A program made the position numbers and the translations under genes. A stretch of DNA of 64,000 nucleotides. Origin: a virus. The stretch is taken from positions 10,703-74,702 of the IMG/VR virus record IMGVR_UViG_3300025133_000077. One strand, written 5' to 3'. Each line of letters starts with the position of its first letter. Within the stretch, counting starts at the first letter, position 1. Positions 1-7,864 of the stretch are shown here, in pieces. Under the pieces are notes generated by a model. It ran no database searches. It was not told the origin of the DNA and worked only from the letters and a program-made list of their open reading frames with translations.

Positions 1-356
1 CCCGACTTCAGGCGGAACTGGTTGTCGACCTGCCGCTCCTTGCCGTCGACGATGTAGGAGTAGCGTCGGGTGATCTTGGGGATCTTGGCCACGGTGATCG
101 TGGACTTGTCGATCACCTCCCCCGTGGTCTTGTCGATCAGGGAGAGACGGGCCTTGACGGGCACTGCCCAGGAGCGCCCGTGCAGCTTCGCCTCCCGCTG
201 CGAGCGGATGTCGTCGAGGCTCAGGTCGTCGGCGACCCAACACTTCGACATCTCGAGGCGGCGGTTCTGTCCCTCGAAGGGGAAGTGATCGGCGACAGCC
301 TCCGCGACACGGCTCTTCAGCGTCTCGAAGGCCTCTTCTGGGTCGAGCTGGGCCAT
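1..356 (-). CDS. rpoB: DNA-directed RNA polymerase beta-like subunit, N-terminal part (runs off left edge)
   Basis: Not in the ORF track. Hand translation from ATG 356 (SD GAGGA): MAQLDPEEAFETLKSRVAEAVADHFPFEGQNRRLEMSKCWVADDLSLDDIRSQREAKLHGRSWAVPVKARLSLIDKTTGEVIDKSTITVAKIPKITRRYSYIVDGKERQVDNQFRLKSG, with no stop to base 1. Matches the RpoB N-terminal pattern E.K....Y..PL.V..RLI.K.TGEV.......G.IP.MT..G.FIING.ERV.V.QL.RSPG. Only 118 codons are visible. Confidence 0.8.
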   Translation of the reverse strand, partial: MAQLDPEEAFETLKSRVAEAVADHFPFEGQNRRLEMSKCWVADDLSLDDIRSQREAKLHGRSWAVPVKARLSLIDKTTGEVIDKSTITVAKIPKITRRYSYIVDGKERQVDNQFRLKS

Positions 357-384
357 AGATCCTCGGGCTGACGGACGTGGGGGC

Positions 385-414
385 AGTGTAAGGGACCCTT
401 GCAGTACAGCACAA
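385..414 (-). promoter_or_regulatory. sigma70-type promoter for the RpoB-like gene
   Basis: TTGTGC (414-409) - 18 nt - TACACT (390-385), upstream of ATG 356. Confidence 0.5.
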
Positions 415-438
415 TCACGGAGGATGCCACGGCATAAG
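410..438 (+). promoter_or_regulatory. putative phage promoter CRCAA-N15-CGGCATAAG, copy 1
   Basis: CACAA (410-414), 15 nt, CGGCATAAG (430-438); same motif and spacing at 5650-5678; heads a plus-strand operon. Confidence 0.6.
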
Positions 439-474
439 CAGAGTAGAGGAACACCCCTCGTAGGAGACAAAGCA

Positions 475-606
475 GTGGCCAACGATCAGCAGAAGAAGAA
501 GACGCCCCCCAAGGTCGAGAAGCGCTCCAGCGTGCGCCGCTTCTCGAACAACGTGAAGAAGGCGGTGGGCGGTCACCGCCGTCCCGCCCCCAAGAAGAAG
601 GAGTAG
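475..606 (+). CDS. small Lys/Arg-rich protein (43 aa)
   Basis: GTG 475 with SD AGGAG at 462-466; high-GC3 codons. Confidence 0.6.
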   Translation: MANDQQKKKTPPKVEKRSSVRRFSNNVKKAVGGHRRPAPKKKE

Positions 607-610
607 GACC

Positions 611-733
611 GTGAGGTGGTTGCTCCTGTCGGGCTTCTACTTCGGCTTCCTCCTCGCACTCCACGACGGCATCCAGCTCGAGAAGATTCGAGTGCGTGCC
701 CACATCGCGAAGGACGAGGACGAGGAGAAGTAG
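611..733 (+). CDS. small membrane-anchored protein (40 aa)
   Basis: Hand translation MRWLLLSGFYFGFLLALHDGIQLEKIRVRAHIAKDEDEEK; stop abuts ATG 734. Confidence 0.5.
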   Translation: MRWLLLSGFYFGFLLALHDGIQLEKIRVRAHIAKDEDEEK

Positions 734-1048
734 ATGGCCTACTGCCCCCTGTTGCCGGGGCACTGCCGGAACGCCACCGACTGTGGCGGGTGCAGCACGT
801 TCTCCGACGTGCTGCACCCGTACGCAGACGAGCTGTTCTGGGTCTGTCCCGATTGTCTTACGCCCCGTCGAGAGCCCAGCGGCTTCACCCTCCTGGGCCA
901 CTACCAGGAGATCGACTGCGACATCTGCAGCAAGCTCTCCAACCTGTGCCAAGCGGCTCTGCCTCCCGACGTACTGACGGCAGCCAAGTGGTTCGAGATG
1001 CTCCAGCGCATCCTGGAGAAGGCGACCGAGGAGAACGAAGATGGATGA
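734..1048 (+). CDS. Cys-rich putative zinc-binding protein
   Basis: CGGC, CPDC and CDIC motifs; coupled to neighbours. Confidence 0.7.
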   Translation: MAYCPLLPGHCRNATDCGGCSTFSDVLHPYADELFWVCPDCLTPRREPSGFTLLGHYQEIDCDICSKLSNLCQAALPPDVLTAAKWFEMLQRILEKATEENEDG

Positions 1049-1406
1049 CTGCTGTGCCCAGTGCCAGGAGCAGTTCGAGCTCCGGGAGACCGGCATCCTT
1101 GAGGTCTACGAGGGGGAGGTCGGCTTCAATGACGAGGGGGAGGTCGCCTTCATCCCCGACGACTTCGCCCAGTACATCCACACCAAGTGCGCGTCGCGGT
1201 ACTTCAACCCCGGCGAAGAGGCCGAGGTTCGCAGGGAGATCCGCGAGGAGGTGCTCTTGGATGGAGCCGCCCAGGTGAACGCCTACCTGGGTGGCGTGGA
1301 GAAGATGCGGCAGCGCGAAGAGGAAGAAGAGGAAGTCGCCGAGGAGTGGGTTCGCCCGCCCGCTCGGCGACGCTCCTCTCGTGGGGGGAGGTGGGGAGGA
1401 CGATGA
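1041..1406 (+). CDS. putative zinc-binding protein (CxxC...HxxC)
   Basis: CAQC...HTKC; acidic then Arg/Gly-rich tail; overlaps upstream stop. Confidence 0.7.
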   Translation: MDDCCAQCQEQFELRETGILEVYEGEVGFNDEGEVAFIPDDFAQYIHTKCASRYFNPGEEAEVRREIREEVLLDGAAQVNAYLGGVEKMRQREEEEEEVAEEWVRPPARRRSSRGGRWGGR

Positions 1407-1410
1407 TCCT

Positions 1411-1432
1411 GGCGGGCCCGAAGGGGCCCGTC
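1411..1432. terminator. hairpin between convergent genes
   Basis: GGCGGGCCC-GAAG-GGGCCCGTC between stops at 1406 (+) and 1440 (-); no U-tract. Confidence 0.55.
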
Positions 1433-1439
1433 GCTTAGC

Positions 1440-3446
1440 TCACACCAGCGCCCTGCCGGGGTCTCGCCGGGGCGGCTTCTGCGACGGGAGCGGAGACTGC
1501 TGCGCGTCGAGCGGGTCCCGGGTCTCCTTGGAGCCCTGCATGATCTGCAAGACCAGCGAGTAGAAGTGCGGCTGCGTCGACTTCATCTTCTGCATCGCCG
1601 CGTAGGCGTCCGGCGGCTTCGTCTTGAGCAGCTTCCGCAGCTCGTTCGCCGTCCGCTTGGCCACGTAGAAGACGTCCTGACCCGTGCCCGGGTCAGCCGT
1701 CAGCTGAGAGGACGCCTCCTGCGGGACGCCTGTGACCGGAGAGGACTGCCCGTTCTCCGGGTACAGCTTGGCCCCTGCCGGGCCCTCGACGGGGCCGCTG
1801 CCGCCCTCCTGGCCACCCTCCTGGCCAGGGCCGAGCTGCATGGCTCCGCCCCCGCCCACGAGGTCGGACTGGGCCGCCTGCATGTAGAGCTGCATGACCT
1901 GCTGAGCCTCGCCCTGGCCGACGGCCGCGGAGACCTGGGCCCGTCGCTGGTCCTCGGCCTGCTTCCTCGACTCGGAGCTGAGCAGCAGCCGCTCGGTCTC
2001 GTAGTCCTCGTTGAGTTCGCGCAGGAAGGTGTGGTCGGAGATCTTGTTGGCCTGGTTGGCCTGGAAGTAGATCATCGTGCGCTGCAGGTCGTCCGCCATC
2101 TTGAAGCGGCGGAACTTCTTGCCCACGCGGGGCCAGCCCAACCACGCGCCGATGGAGTCGAACACCCAGTCCGTGAGGCCCTGGATGTCGGCGCGGTAGT
2201 TGATGAACTCGTTCTCTAGGTTCCGCATGGAGACCTGCGTGCCGGAGTAGCCGAGGCCGCCGAAGATAAACTCCTGCGGGACGTGGAGGCCGGCGACGAT
2301 GTTCTCTGCCCAGACGCGGTACTCCTGGTGGAGCACCATCGCTCGGCCCTGGCCGCCGACCATCTGGTGTCCCACGGGGAGGGGCAGGATCGGGATGTAG
2401 TTGGGGTCCCGCCGCCACCGCTCGATCTCCTCCTCCATCTGGCTCTTCCAGCCGGTGAGGGGCATCGTGGTGTACGGGTCGCTGGTCCCGGAGCCGGGCT
2501 GCGGGAAGATCATGCGCAGCGGCACGATGTGCTCGCGGGCGATGGCTTCCTGGCCCTTCTTGAGGATCTGCAGGTAGTAGGAGTCCTTGAGCACCGGCAG
2601 GATGCGGGACAGACCCCAGCCCTTGTCGTTCCCGTTGCCCGAGATGGACGGGCGCCGCATGTGGAAGAGCTGGCCCGGGGCGAACCGGAGGCCGGTCTTC
2701 TTGCGGGCGGCCTCGACGAAGACGTTGGGGATCTCCTCCTGAAGGTGGTTCCTTCCGATCATCAGCCGCGCCCGCGTGCGGGGGCTCATCTCGTAGTAGT
2801 ACCTGCAGTGCCCGGTCTCCTCGTTCACATCGATGGCGATGCGCTCGGGGTCCCACCGGACGAGCCCGATCTTGTACGGGCTCCGCTGCCAGACATCGAG
2901 GGGCTTGGCGTTGCCCACCTTCCTGCACTTGGGGCAGGTGAGGCGGTAGTTCAGCTCCCGCCACTTGTAGTGGGGCCGCAGCTTCTTCGCCGGCGCCTGG
3001 TACTTGCAGTGGTTGCACTGCAGGAACTTCACGAAGGGGTAGTTGATCGAGGTGAAGGAGTTGCCGTAGCACTGGTAGTCCAGGCCGGTCTCCACCTGGA
3101 AGCTGCGGAACTTCAGGATCTGGTCCTTGAGGTACTTGTACTTCCGCGCCACCGCCTCGTGCTTGCTCTCGAACACCAGGTCGGTGATCGGGTACGAGGC
3201 CATCTTGTAGATGACCGCGTTCACCAGCGGGTTGGTGAAGAAGTAGTAGCGGCACCAGCGGAACAGCTTCTTCTGCGACGAGGGCAGGTAGGTGTGCGCT
3301 CCGTCGAAGAAGGGGCTGGGGTACGGCACGCCGGCCCGGCCCGAGGCCCCGAAGAAGCCCGAGCGCAGGTTGGCGAAGCCGCTGCCTCCGGCGGTGCCGC
3401 CGCTCACCCCGTACGTGGGCAGCCCGAAGTCGAATCCCTCAGCCAT
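1440..3446 (-). CDS. portal protein with zinc-ribbon insertion
   Basis: Portal-like pattern (NPLVNAVIYKMASYP, DYQCYGNSF, LFHMRR..GWGLSRI, IVAGLHVPQEFIFGG); CNHC...CPKC insertion; low-complexity C-terminus. Confidence 0.8.
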   Translation of the reverse strand: MAEGFDFGLPTYGVSGGTAGGSGFANLRSGFFGASGRAGVPYPSPFFDGAHTYLPSSQKKLFRWCRYYFFTNPLVNAVIYKMASYPITDLVFESKHEAVARKYKYLKDQILKFRSFQVETGLDYQCYGNSFTSINYPFVKFLQCNHCKYQAPAKKLRPHYKWRELNYRLTCPKCRKVGNAKPLDVWQRSPYKIGLVRWDPERIAIDVNEETGHCRYYYEMSPRTRARLMIGRNHLQEEIPNVFVEAARKKTGLRFAPGQLFHMRRPSISGNGNDKGWGLSRILPVLKDSYYLQILKKGQEAIAREHIVPLRMIFPQPGSGTSDPYTTMPLTGWKSQMEEEIERWRRDPNYIPILPLPVGHQMVGGQGRAMVLHQEYRVWAENIVAGLHVPQEFIFGGLGYSGTQVSMRNLENEFINYRADIQGLTDWVFDSIGAWLGWPRVGKKFRRFKMADDLQRTMIYFQANQANKISDHTFLRELNEDYETERLLLSSESRKQAEDQRRAQVSAAVGQGEAQQVMQLYMQAAQSDLVGGGGAMQLGPGQEGGQEGGSGPVEGPAGAKLYPENGQSSPVTGVPQEASSQLTADPGTGQDVFYVAKRTANELRKLLKTKPPDAYAAMQKMKSTQPHFYSLVLQIMQGSKETRDPLDAQQSPLPSQKPPRRDPGRALV

Positions 3447-4316
3447 CTACGCCGCCTTGCTCTGGAGGAGCCACGAGAACTCTCGGGCCTGCACAGCTTC
3501 CTGCTGGCGCCGGTGCACCATGTAGTTGTGGGCCACGAGCAGCTTGCCGCAGACGACATCCTCGCGCACATCGTCGCTCAGGTCTGCCCCTTCCCCACCG
3601 TGCACCTGCCTCCACCGGGCGGCGACCGGGCGGGGGTCGTTCTTGTAGAAGGTCGAGACGTTGCGGCCTACCTCGTCCGGGATGCCCCGCGCCGGCCTGC
3701 CGTTCACCGTCTTCTCGTCCATGTCCGGGTTGAACCGCCCCACGCAGACGTCGCACCGCCCATCCTCGAGGTCGTCGTCGTCCTCGTTGCCGCAGTCCCC
3801 ACAGCGGTAGGTGGGCTCGGCCACCACGCGCTGCGCGACGGCGAGGGGGCCCGGCAGGAACCAGACGCCGCGCTCCAGAGCCGAGGCCGCCATGAACCGG
3901 ACCACCTCCTCCTGGTACGGCTCCTTGCGGATGTCCGAGACCATGTCGACGGCCGCCATCATCTGGGCAACTGTCGGTTGCTGAAGTGTCATGAAGTCGG
4001 GGGTGTTGTTGTTCAGCGCCTGCACCAGAGGGGCAAACACCGACCACGACGACCAGAAGCCGTTGGCCAGCAGCAGGTTGCGGATCGCCTGGATCTTGTT
4101 CTTGTTCAGCGCGCTGACCGTCACCCTGTGGGGACGGGAGTAGTGCTTCTGGAAGAGCTCCGAGAAGTCCTGCTCGATCTCGTACCAGAGCACATCGGAG
4201 TCCCACTCCAGCCAGTCCGACTTGAACACCGCGAAGAGGAGCCCGGCCAACACCGCCGGGTGCGCGTCGTGGTAGCCGAAGAAGAGGGCCGGCGACTCAG
4301 GCGCTGATGGTTCCAC
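3447..4316 (-). CDS. hypothetical head-module protein with CxxC...CxxC zinc ribbon (289 aa)
   Basis: GTG 4316 with SD AGGAG; CGDC...CDVC; stop abuts portal start. Confidence 0.7.
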   Translation of the reverse strand: MEPSAPESPALFFGYHDAHPAVLAGLLFAVFKSDWLEWDSDVLWYEIEQDFSELFQKHYSRPHRVTVSALNKNKIQAIRNLLLANGFWSSWSVFAPLVQALNNNTPDFMTLQQPTVAQMMAAVDMVSDIRKEPYQEEVVRFMAASALERGVWFLPGPLAVAQRVVAEPTYRCGDCGNEDDDDLEDGRCDVCVGRFNPDMDEKTVNGRPARGIPDEVGRNVSTFYKNDPRPVAARWRQVHGGEGADLSDDVREDVVCGKLLVAHNYMVHRRQQEAVQAREFSWLLQSKAA

Positions 4317-5598
4317 GGGCGTGGCTCCTGCTGGCCGCCAGCCGCGCCACGACCACCTGCTTGGGGTAGGGCAGGGACTTGAAGACGGTGACGGGCTTCG
4401 CCATGAACTGGTCCGCCGCGTCATCGCCGAGCGCATCCCGGACACGGCCGAGGTCGTTGCGGGAGAGCCTCAGCAGGTCCGCCCCCGTCACCTTGTCGAT
4501 CCCCTTCATCCAGTGGTAGCCGGCGTCCTCGGACGCTGTCTTCTCGGAGAGGGCTGCGCGGTACGGGTCGGGCAGGGAGCGGTCCCACTCCTGGCTGAGC
4601 CCGTAGTGCTCGTCGAACTGCGTCAGCGCCTTGCCGAAGGCGTCGGGACCCTGGTGCGTGGCGACCGTGGCCAGCTTCATCAGGATGGCGCCGCCCCGCT
4701 CGTCGACCCGGCCCGCCCTGGCGTTGAGGTGGAGGACGAAGCTCTCGTTGAGCTGCTCGCCCCCGTACTGCGCCACCTTCTCGGTGACCTCGACCTCGAA
4801 GTGGTCGGCGGCGAGCTTGACGTTGCGGCAGTACTCCCGCCGGTCAGCGGGGTGGAAGCGGTCCCCGTACTCGTCGAAGTAGGCCATCGCCTGCTTGACC
4901 TGCTCTTCGGTGTCAAGCGGGTAGCGGTCGTCGAGGGCCGCCGTCTTCCTCCGGGAGTGTCGATCCAGTGCGGCGTACGCTCCGTAGCCTGCCCCGATGC
5001 CAAGAAGTGCGCCGCCCGCCCCCTTCGCTGCGCCACCGGCGGTGCGCTTCAGGGTCTCGGTCTTCGTCGCCCCCTGTTGCCGCGCCTTGCGGAAGCCGGC
5101 AGCCGCGCCGACCGTGCCTGCCCCAAGAGGGATGCCGGCCACGATGCCGGCTTCGATGAGGGTGAACGCCTGCTTCTCCCAGGCCCGGATGTCGACGACG
5201 GCCTCGGCGATGCCGGCCACCTTCATCAGCATGCCGTCGCGGGAGCCGATCTCGGGCACAGCCGAGGCGACCTTGGCGACGAGCCCGGGGACGGTGTAGC
5301 CGCCCTCGTCCATCGTCTCCATCAGCTTGATGCCGGCGACCACGGCGGCCGTCTTCGGCATCTGGTCCCAGGTCCGCTCGAGGTACTGGGCACTGAGCCA
5401 CGCCACCTCGGGCGAGGTGCAGGCGAACTTGCGGAGCTTGCCCTCGCTGCTGAGCATGACGACTCCGAAGTCGGAGTCGGGGTAGCGCGACAGCTCATCG
5501 CGCTCGGGCAGTGACGCGGTCGCCACCTTCTCGGGGAGTGAGACCGACGCTGCCTTGAGCAGCCCCGGTCCCAGATCGTGCGGGTCGACAGCGAGCAT
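4297..5598 (-). CDS. putative head/internal virion protein rich in K-x-A motifs, with glycine-zipper insert (433 aa)
   Basis: ATG 5598 with SD GGAGG; 14 of 25 Lys have Ala at +2; RYPLDT..QV..A..YF segment; next to portal. Confidence 0.7.
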   Translation of the reverse strand: MLAVDPHDLGPGLLKAASVSLPEKVATASLPERDELSRYPDSDFGVVMLSSEGKLRKFACTSPEVAWLSAQYLERTWDQMPKTAAVVAGIKLMETMDEGGYTVPGLVAKVASAVPEIGSRDGMLMKVAGIAEAVVDIRAWEKQAFTLIEAGIVAGIPLGAGTVGAAAGFRKARQQGATKTETLKRTAGGAAKGAGGALLGIGAGYGAYAALDRHSRRKTAALDDRYPLDTEEQVKQAMAYFDEYGDRFHPADRREYCRNVKLAADHFEVEVTEKVAQYGGEQLNESFVLHLNARAGRVDERGGAILMKLATVATHQGPDAFGKALTQFDEHYGLSQEWDRSLPDPYRAALSEKTASEDAGYHWMKGIDKVTGADLLRLSRNDLGRVRDALGDDAADQFMAKPVTVFKSLPYPKQVVVARLAASRSHARGTISA

Positions 5599-5619
5599 GG
5601 GGCCTCCGATGACGGCTCG

Positions 5620-5649
5620 ATGATGTCTGCGGAGACGTCCTGATGTCAA
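5620..5649 (-). promoter_or_regulatory. sigma70-type promoter for the head/portal operon
   Basis: TTGACA (5649-5644) - 18 nt - CATCAT (5625-5620). Confidence 0.55.
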
Positions 5650-5678
5650 CGCAAGAACCCCGAGGATCTCGGCATAAG
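5650..5678 (+). promoter_or_regulatory. putative phage promoter CRCAA-N15-CGGCATAAG, copy 2
   Basis: CGCAA (5650-5654), 15 nt, CGGCATAAG (5670-5678); heads the 18-kb replication operon. Confidence 0.6.
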
Positions 5679-5710
5679 GACAGTGCCTACCAACAACAGG
5701 AGCCTATCAG

Positions 5711-6082
5711 ATGGCGATCAGCCGGGTCGGTGCTATCCCCGACCCTCCCTGCTTCGGCAAGCCCAGTTTTTACAACGAACGAGACGAGGACTGCCGCACC
5801 TGTCACGCGAAGATCAGGTGCAAGGTCCAGGTCCGACAGAAGAAGAAGGGAGTCCCTGCCAAGAGCAAGAACTCCCGAGTCGACAGATCCTCCGTGGTGG
5901 AGGAAGATGACGCCCCCACTTTCAGGACCAGGAAGGAGCGCTCGACCACCTGGTTCGGCGCCCTCAAGCACAACTCCTTCATCCGGCTGTGTTCCACGTT
6001 CTTCCGCGAGCTGGCGTTCGGGGTGGAGCAGATTCCTTTGGAGCCGTACTCGGACCAGGAGGCGGAGGAGATCGATGACTGA
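5711..6082 (+). CDS. Cys-cluster protein (PPCFGK...CxxC...C)
   Basis: SD AGGAG upstream; first gene of the operon; overlaps next start. Confidence 0.7.
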   Translation: MAISRVGAIPDPPCFGKPSFYNERDEDCRTCHAKIRCKVQVRQKKKGVPAKSKNSRVDRSSVVEEDDAPTFRTRKERSTTWFGALKHNSFIRLCSTFFRELAFGVEQIPLEPYSDQEAEEIDD

Positions 6083-6533
6083 CACCATCAACATCGGGGG
6101 GCTCATCCGGGCTGCTCGAAAGACGCGCTTCGGCAGCATGAGGAAGGCCGCAACGGCCATCGTCATCACGGATGCTCGTGGCACCCGCTCCCTGTCGGGA
6201 GAGGGGCTGCGGAAGATCGAGACGGGCCTCTCCCTCCCGTCTGCGAACGTGCTTAGCGCCCTGATCACCGGGTGGGAGCTCGGCAAGAAGGAGGCCGACC
6301 AGCTGCGGTACGCCGTGCATGCGGCGCACGAACGCAAGGCCGGCTACGAGCCCCGGCAGAAGGAGGACCTCGGAGAGAACCGAGAGGCGGTCATCGCCTC
6401 TGCCGTCGGCGACATCCTCAGCAAGAGCAAGATCCTCGTCGAGGGGATGGTCGAAGAGGAGGATGACCAGGAAGCCTTCCTGGAGGAGCTGAAGACGATC
6501 GCGGACAAGACGCTGCGAGAGTACTTCCGGTGA
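6075..6533 (+). CDS. XRE-family helix-turn-helix protein
   Basis: IGGLIRAAR...LSGEGLRKIETG.SLPS pattern; ATG 6075 with SD GGAGGAG. Confidence 0.75.
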   Translation: MTDTINIGGLIRAARKTRFGSMRKAATAIVITDARGTRSLSGEGLRKIETGLSLPSANVLSALITGWELGKKEADQLRYAVHAAHERKAGYEPRQKEDLGENREAVIASAVGDILSKSKILVEGMVEEEDDQEAFLEELKTIADKTLREYFR

Positions 6534-7864
6534 CCCTGTACACCTTCTGCAGGAGGGACCCGGGCAGCGCCTACATCGACCGGAATCTCTGGCTGCCGAA
6601 GGTGCGGCTGGGCCTCCGGCCTATCAAGCAGCGGCTGTCCTTCCGAGTCGCGACCGGCAAGAACCGGGACAAGATCGTCAAGATGTTCGCCTACCGAGAG
6701 GAGGAACATCACCTGGTTGTGCCCCGCAACTTCATGCCTCCCCAAGAGCTGCTCGACCAAGACATCCCCGTCATCGATCTGCGCCCCGCGTCTTACCCTC
6801 GGGTGGTGATGGCGCACTCCATCATCCCCCGGCCTCATCAGGTGGAGCCGCTCGCGAAGCTGGAGAAGATCGGCGACGGCACCCTGAACGTGGGGTGCGG
6901 CCGAGGCAAGACGGTGATGGCGCTGTACGAGGCCGCTCGAGTGGGCGCCCCGACGATGGTCATCTGCCAGAACAGCTCCATCCTCCAGCAGTGGGAGAGG
7001 GAGATCAACGACAAGCTCGACTTCAACGGAGACGTGCGGTGGGTCAAGGGGAAGGGCCTGCCGGGAGACGACACCTCCTTCGCCCTCGCCACCATCCAGT
7101 CCCTCTACGACCGAGCGGGGGAGCTGCCTCGCAGCTTCACGCACAGGTGGGGGACGGTCATCTTCGACGAGGCTCACCACGTCTCGGCCCCGAAGTTCTC
7201 GAAGGCCGCGGACATCTTCCCAGGGAGGAGGCTGGCGCTCACCGCGACGGCGAAGAGGAACGACGGGCTGGAGAAGATCTACCAGTACCACCTCGGCGAC
7301 ATCTTCCACGTGGACCTCACGCAGGACCTGGTGCCGAAGATCATCTTCCTGGAGTTGCCGGGCTTCGAGCCACCGAAGAGCGTGTACGACGACGTCAGCC
7401 TCAAGACCTGGCTGTCCAAGAACCCCGACTACAACGCCATCATCGCCAAGGAGACCCGCGCCGCTTTGAAGAAGGGGCGGACGGTGATGGTGCTCTCACA
7501 TCGAGTCGATCAGCTGCTCGCTCTGGAGAAGCTGGTGCCTGCGGGCAAGGCCATCTACGGGCCCGTCAAGTTGGAGGACCGCGACGAGATCCTCCGCTCC
7601 GCCAACCCCATCTTCGCGTCCATGAACCTCGCCCAGGAAGGGCTTGATCGGCCTCAGCTCGACACCGTGCTGTGTGCCACTCTCTTCAGCAACCCCAACT
7701 CGTTCCAGCAGGTCGCCGGACGAGCTCTCCGAGAGTTCGCAGGGAAGATGGACCCCGTCATCGTCTTCTGCGTCCCCACCATCCGCCGCTGCCGCAACCA
7801 AGCGAAGCGGCTCGCTACCTTCGCCCGCAAAGCGGGCTACCCCGTGGAGTACCACCGAGCATGA
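6530..7864 (+). CDS. superfamily 2 (DEAH) DNA helicase, UvsW/ResIII-like
   Basis: Motifs GCGRGKT, DEAH, TAT, EGLDRP.LD, QVAGRALR. Confidence 0.9.
   Translation: MTLYTFCRRDPGSAYIDRNLWLPKVRLGLRPIKQRLSFRVATGKNRDKIVKMFAYREEEHHLVVPRNFMPPQELLDQDIPVIDLRPASYPRVVMAHSIIPRPHQVEPLAKLEKIGDGTLNVGCGRGKTVMALYEAARVGAPTMVICQNSSILQQWEREINDKLDFNGDVRWVKGKGLPGDDTSFALATIQSLYDRAGELPRSFTHRWGTVIFDEAHHVSAPKFSKAADIFPGRRLALTATAKRNDGLEKIYQYHLGDIFHVDLTQDLVPKIIFLELPGFEPPKSVYDDVSLKTWLSKNPDYNAIIAKETRAALKKGRTVMVLSHRVDQLLALEKLVPAGKAIYGPVKLEDRDEILRSANPIFASMNLAQEGLDRPQLDTVLCATLFSNPNSFQQVAGRALREFAGKMDPVIVFCVPTIRRCRNQAKRLATFARKAGYPVEYHRA

Noticed and set aside
5643-6074. N-terminal extensions in the ORF track (e.g. starts 5643, 7644, 11184, 16449, 4445, 48826)
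   Set aside because: They overlap better-supported genes; SD sites and ATGA/GTGA coupling point to the later starts listed in features.
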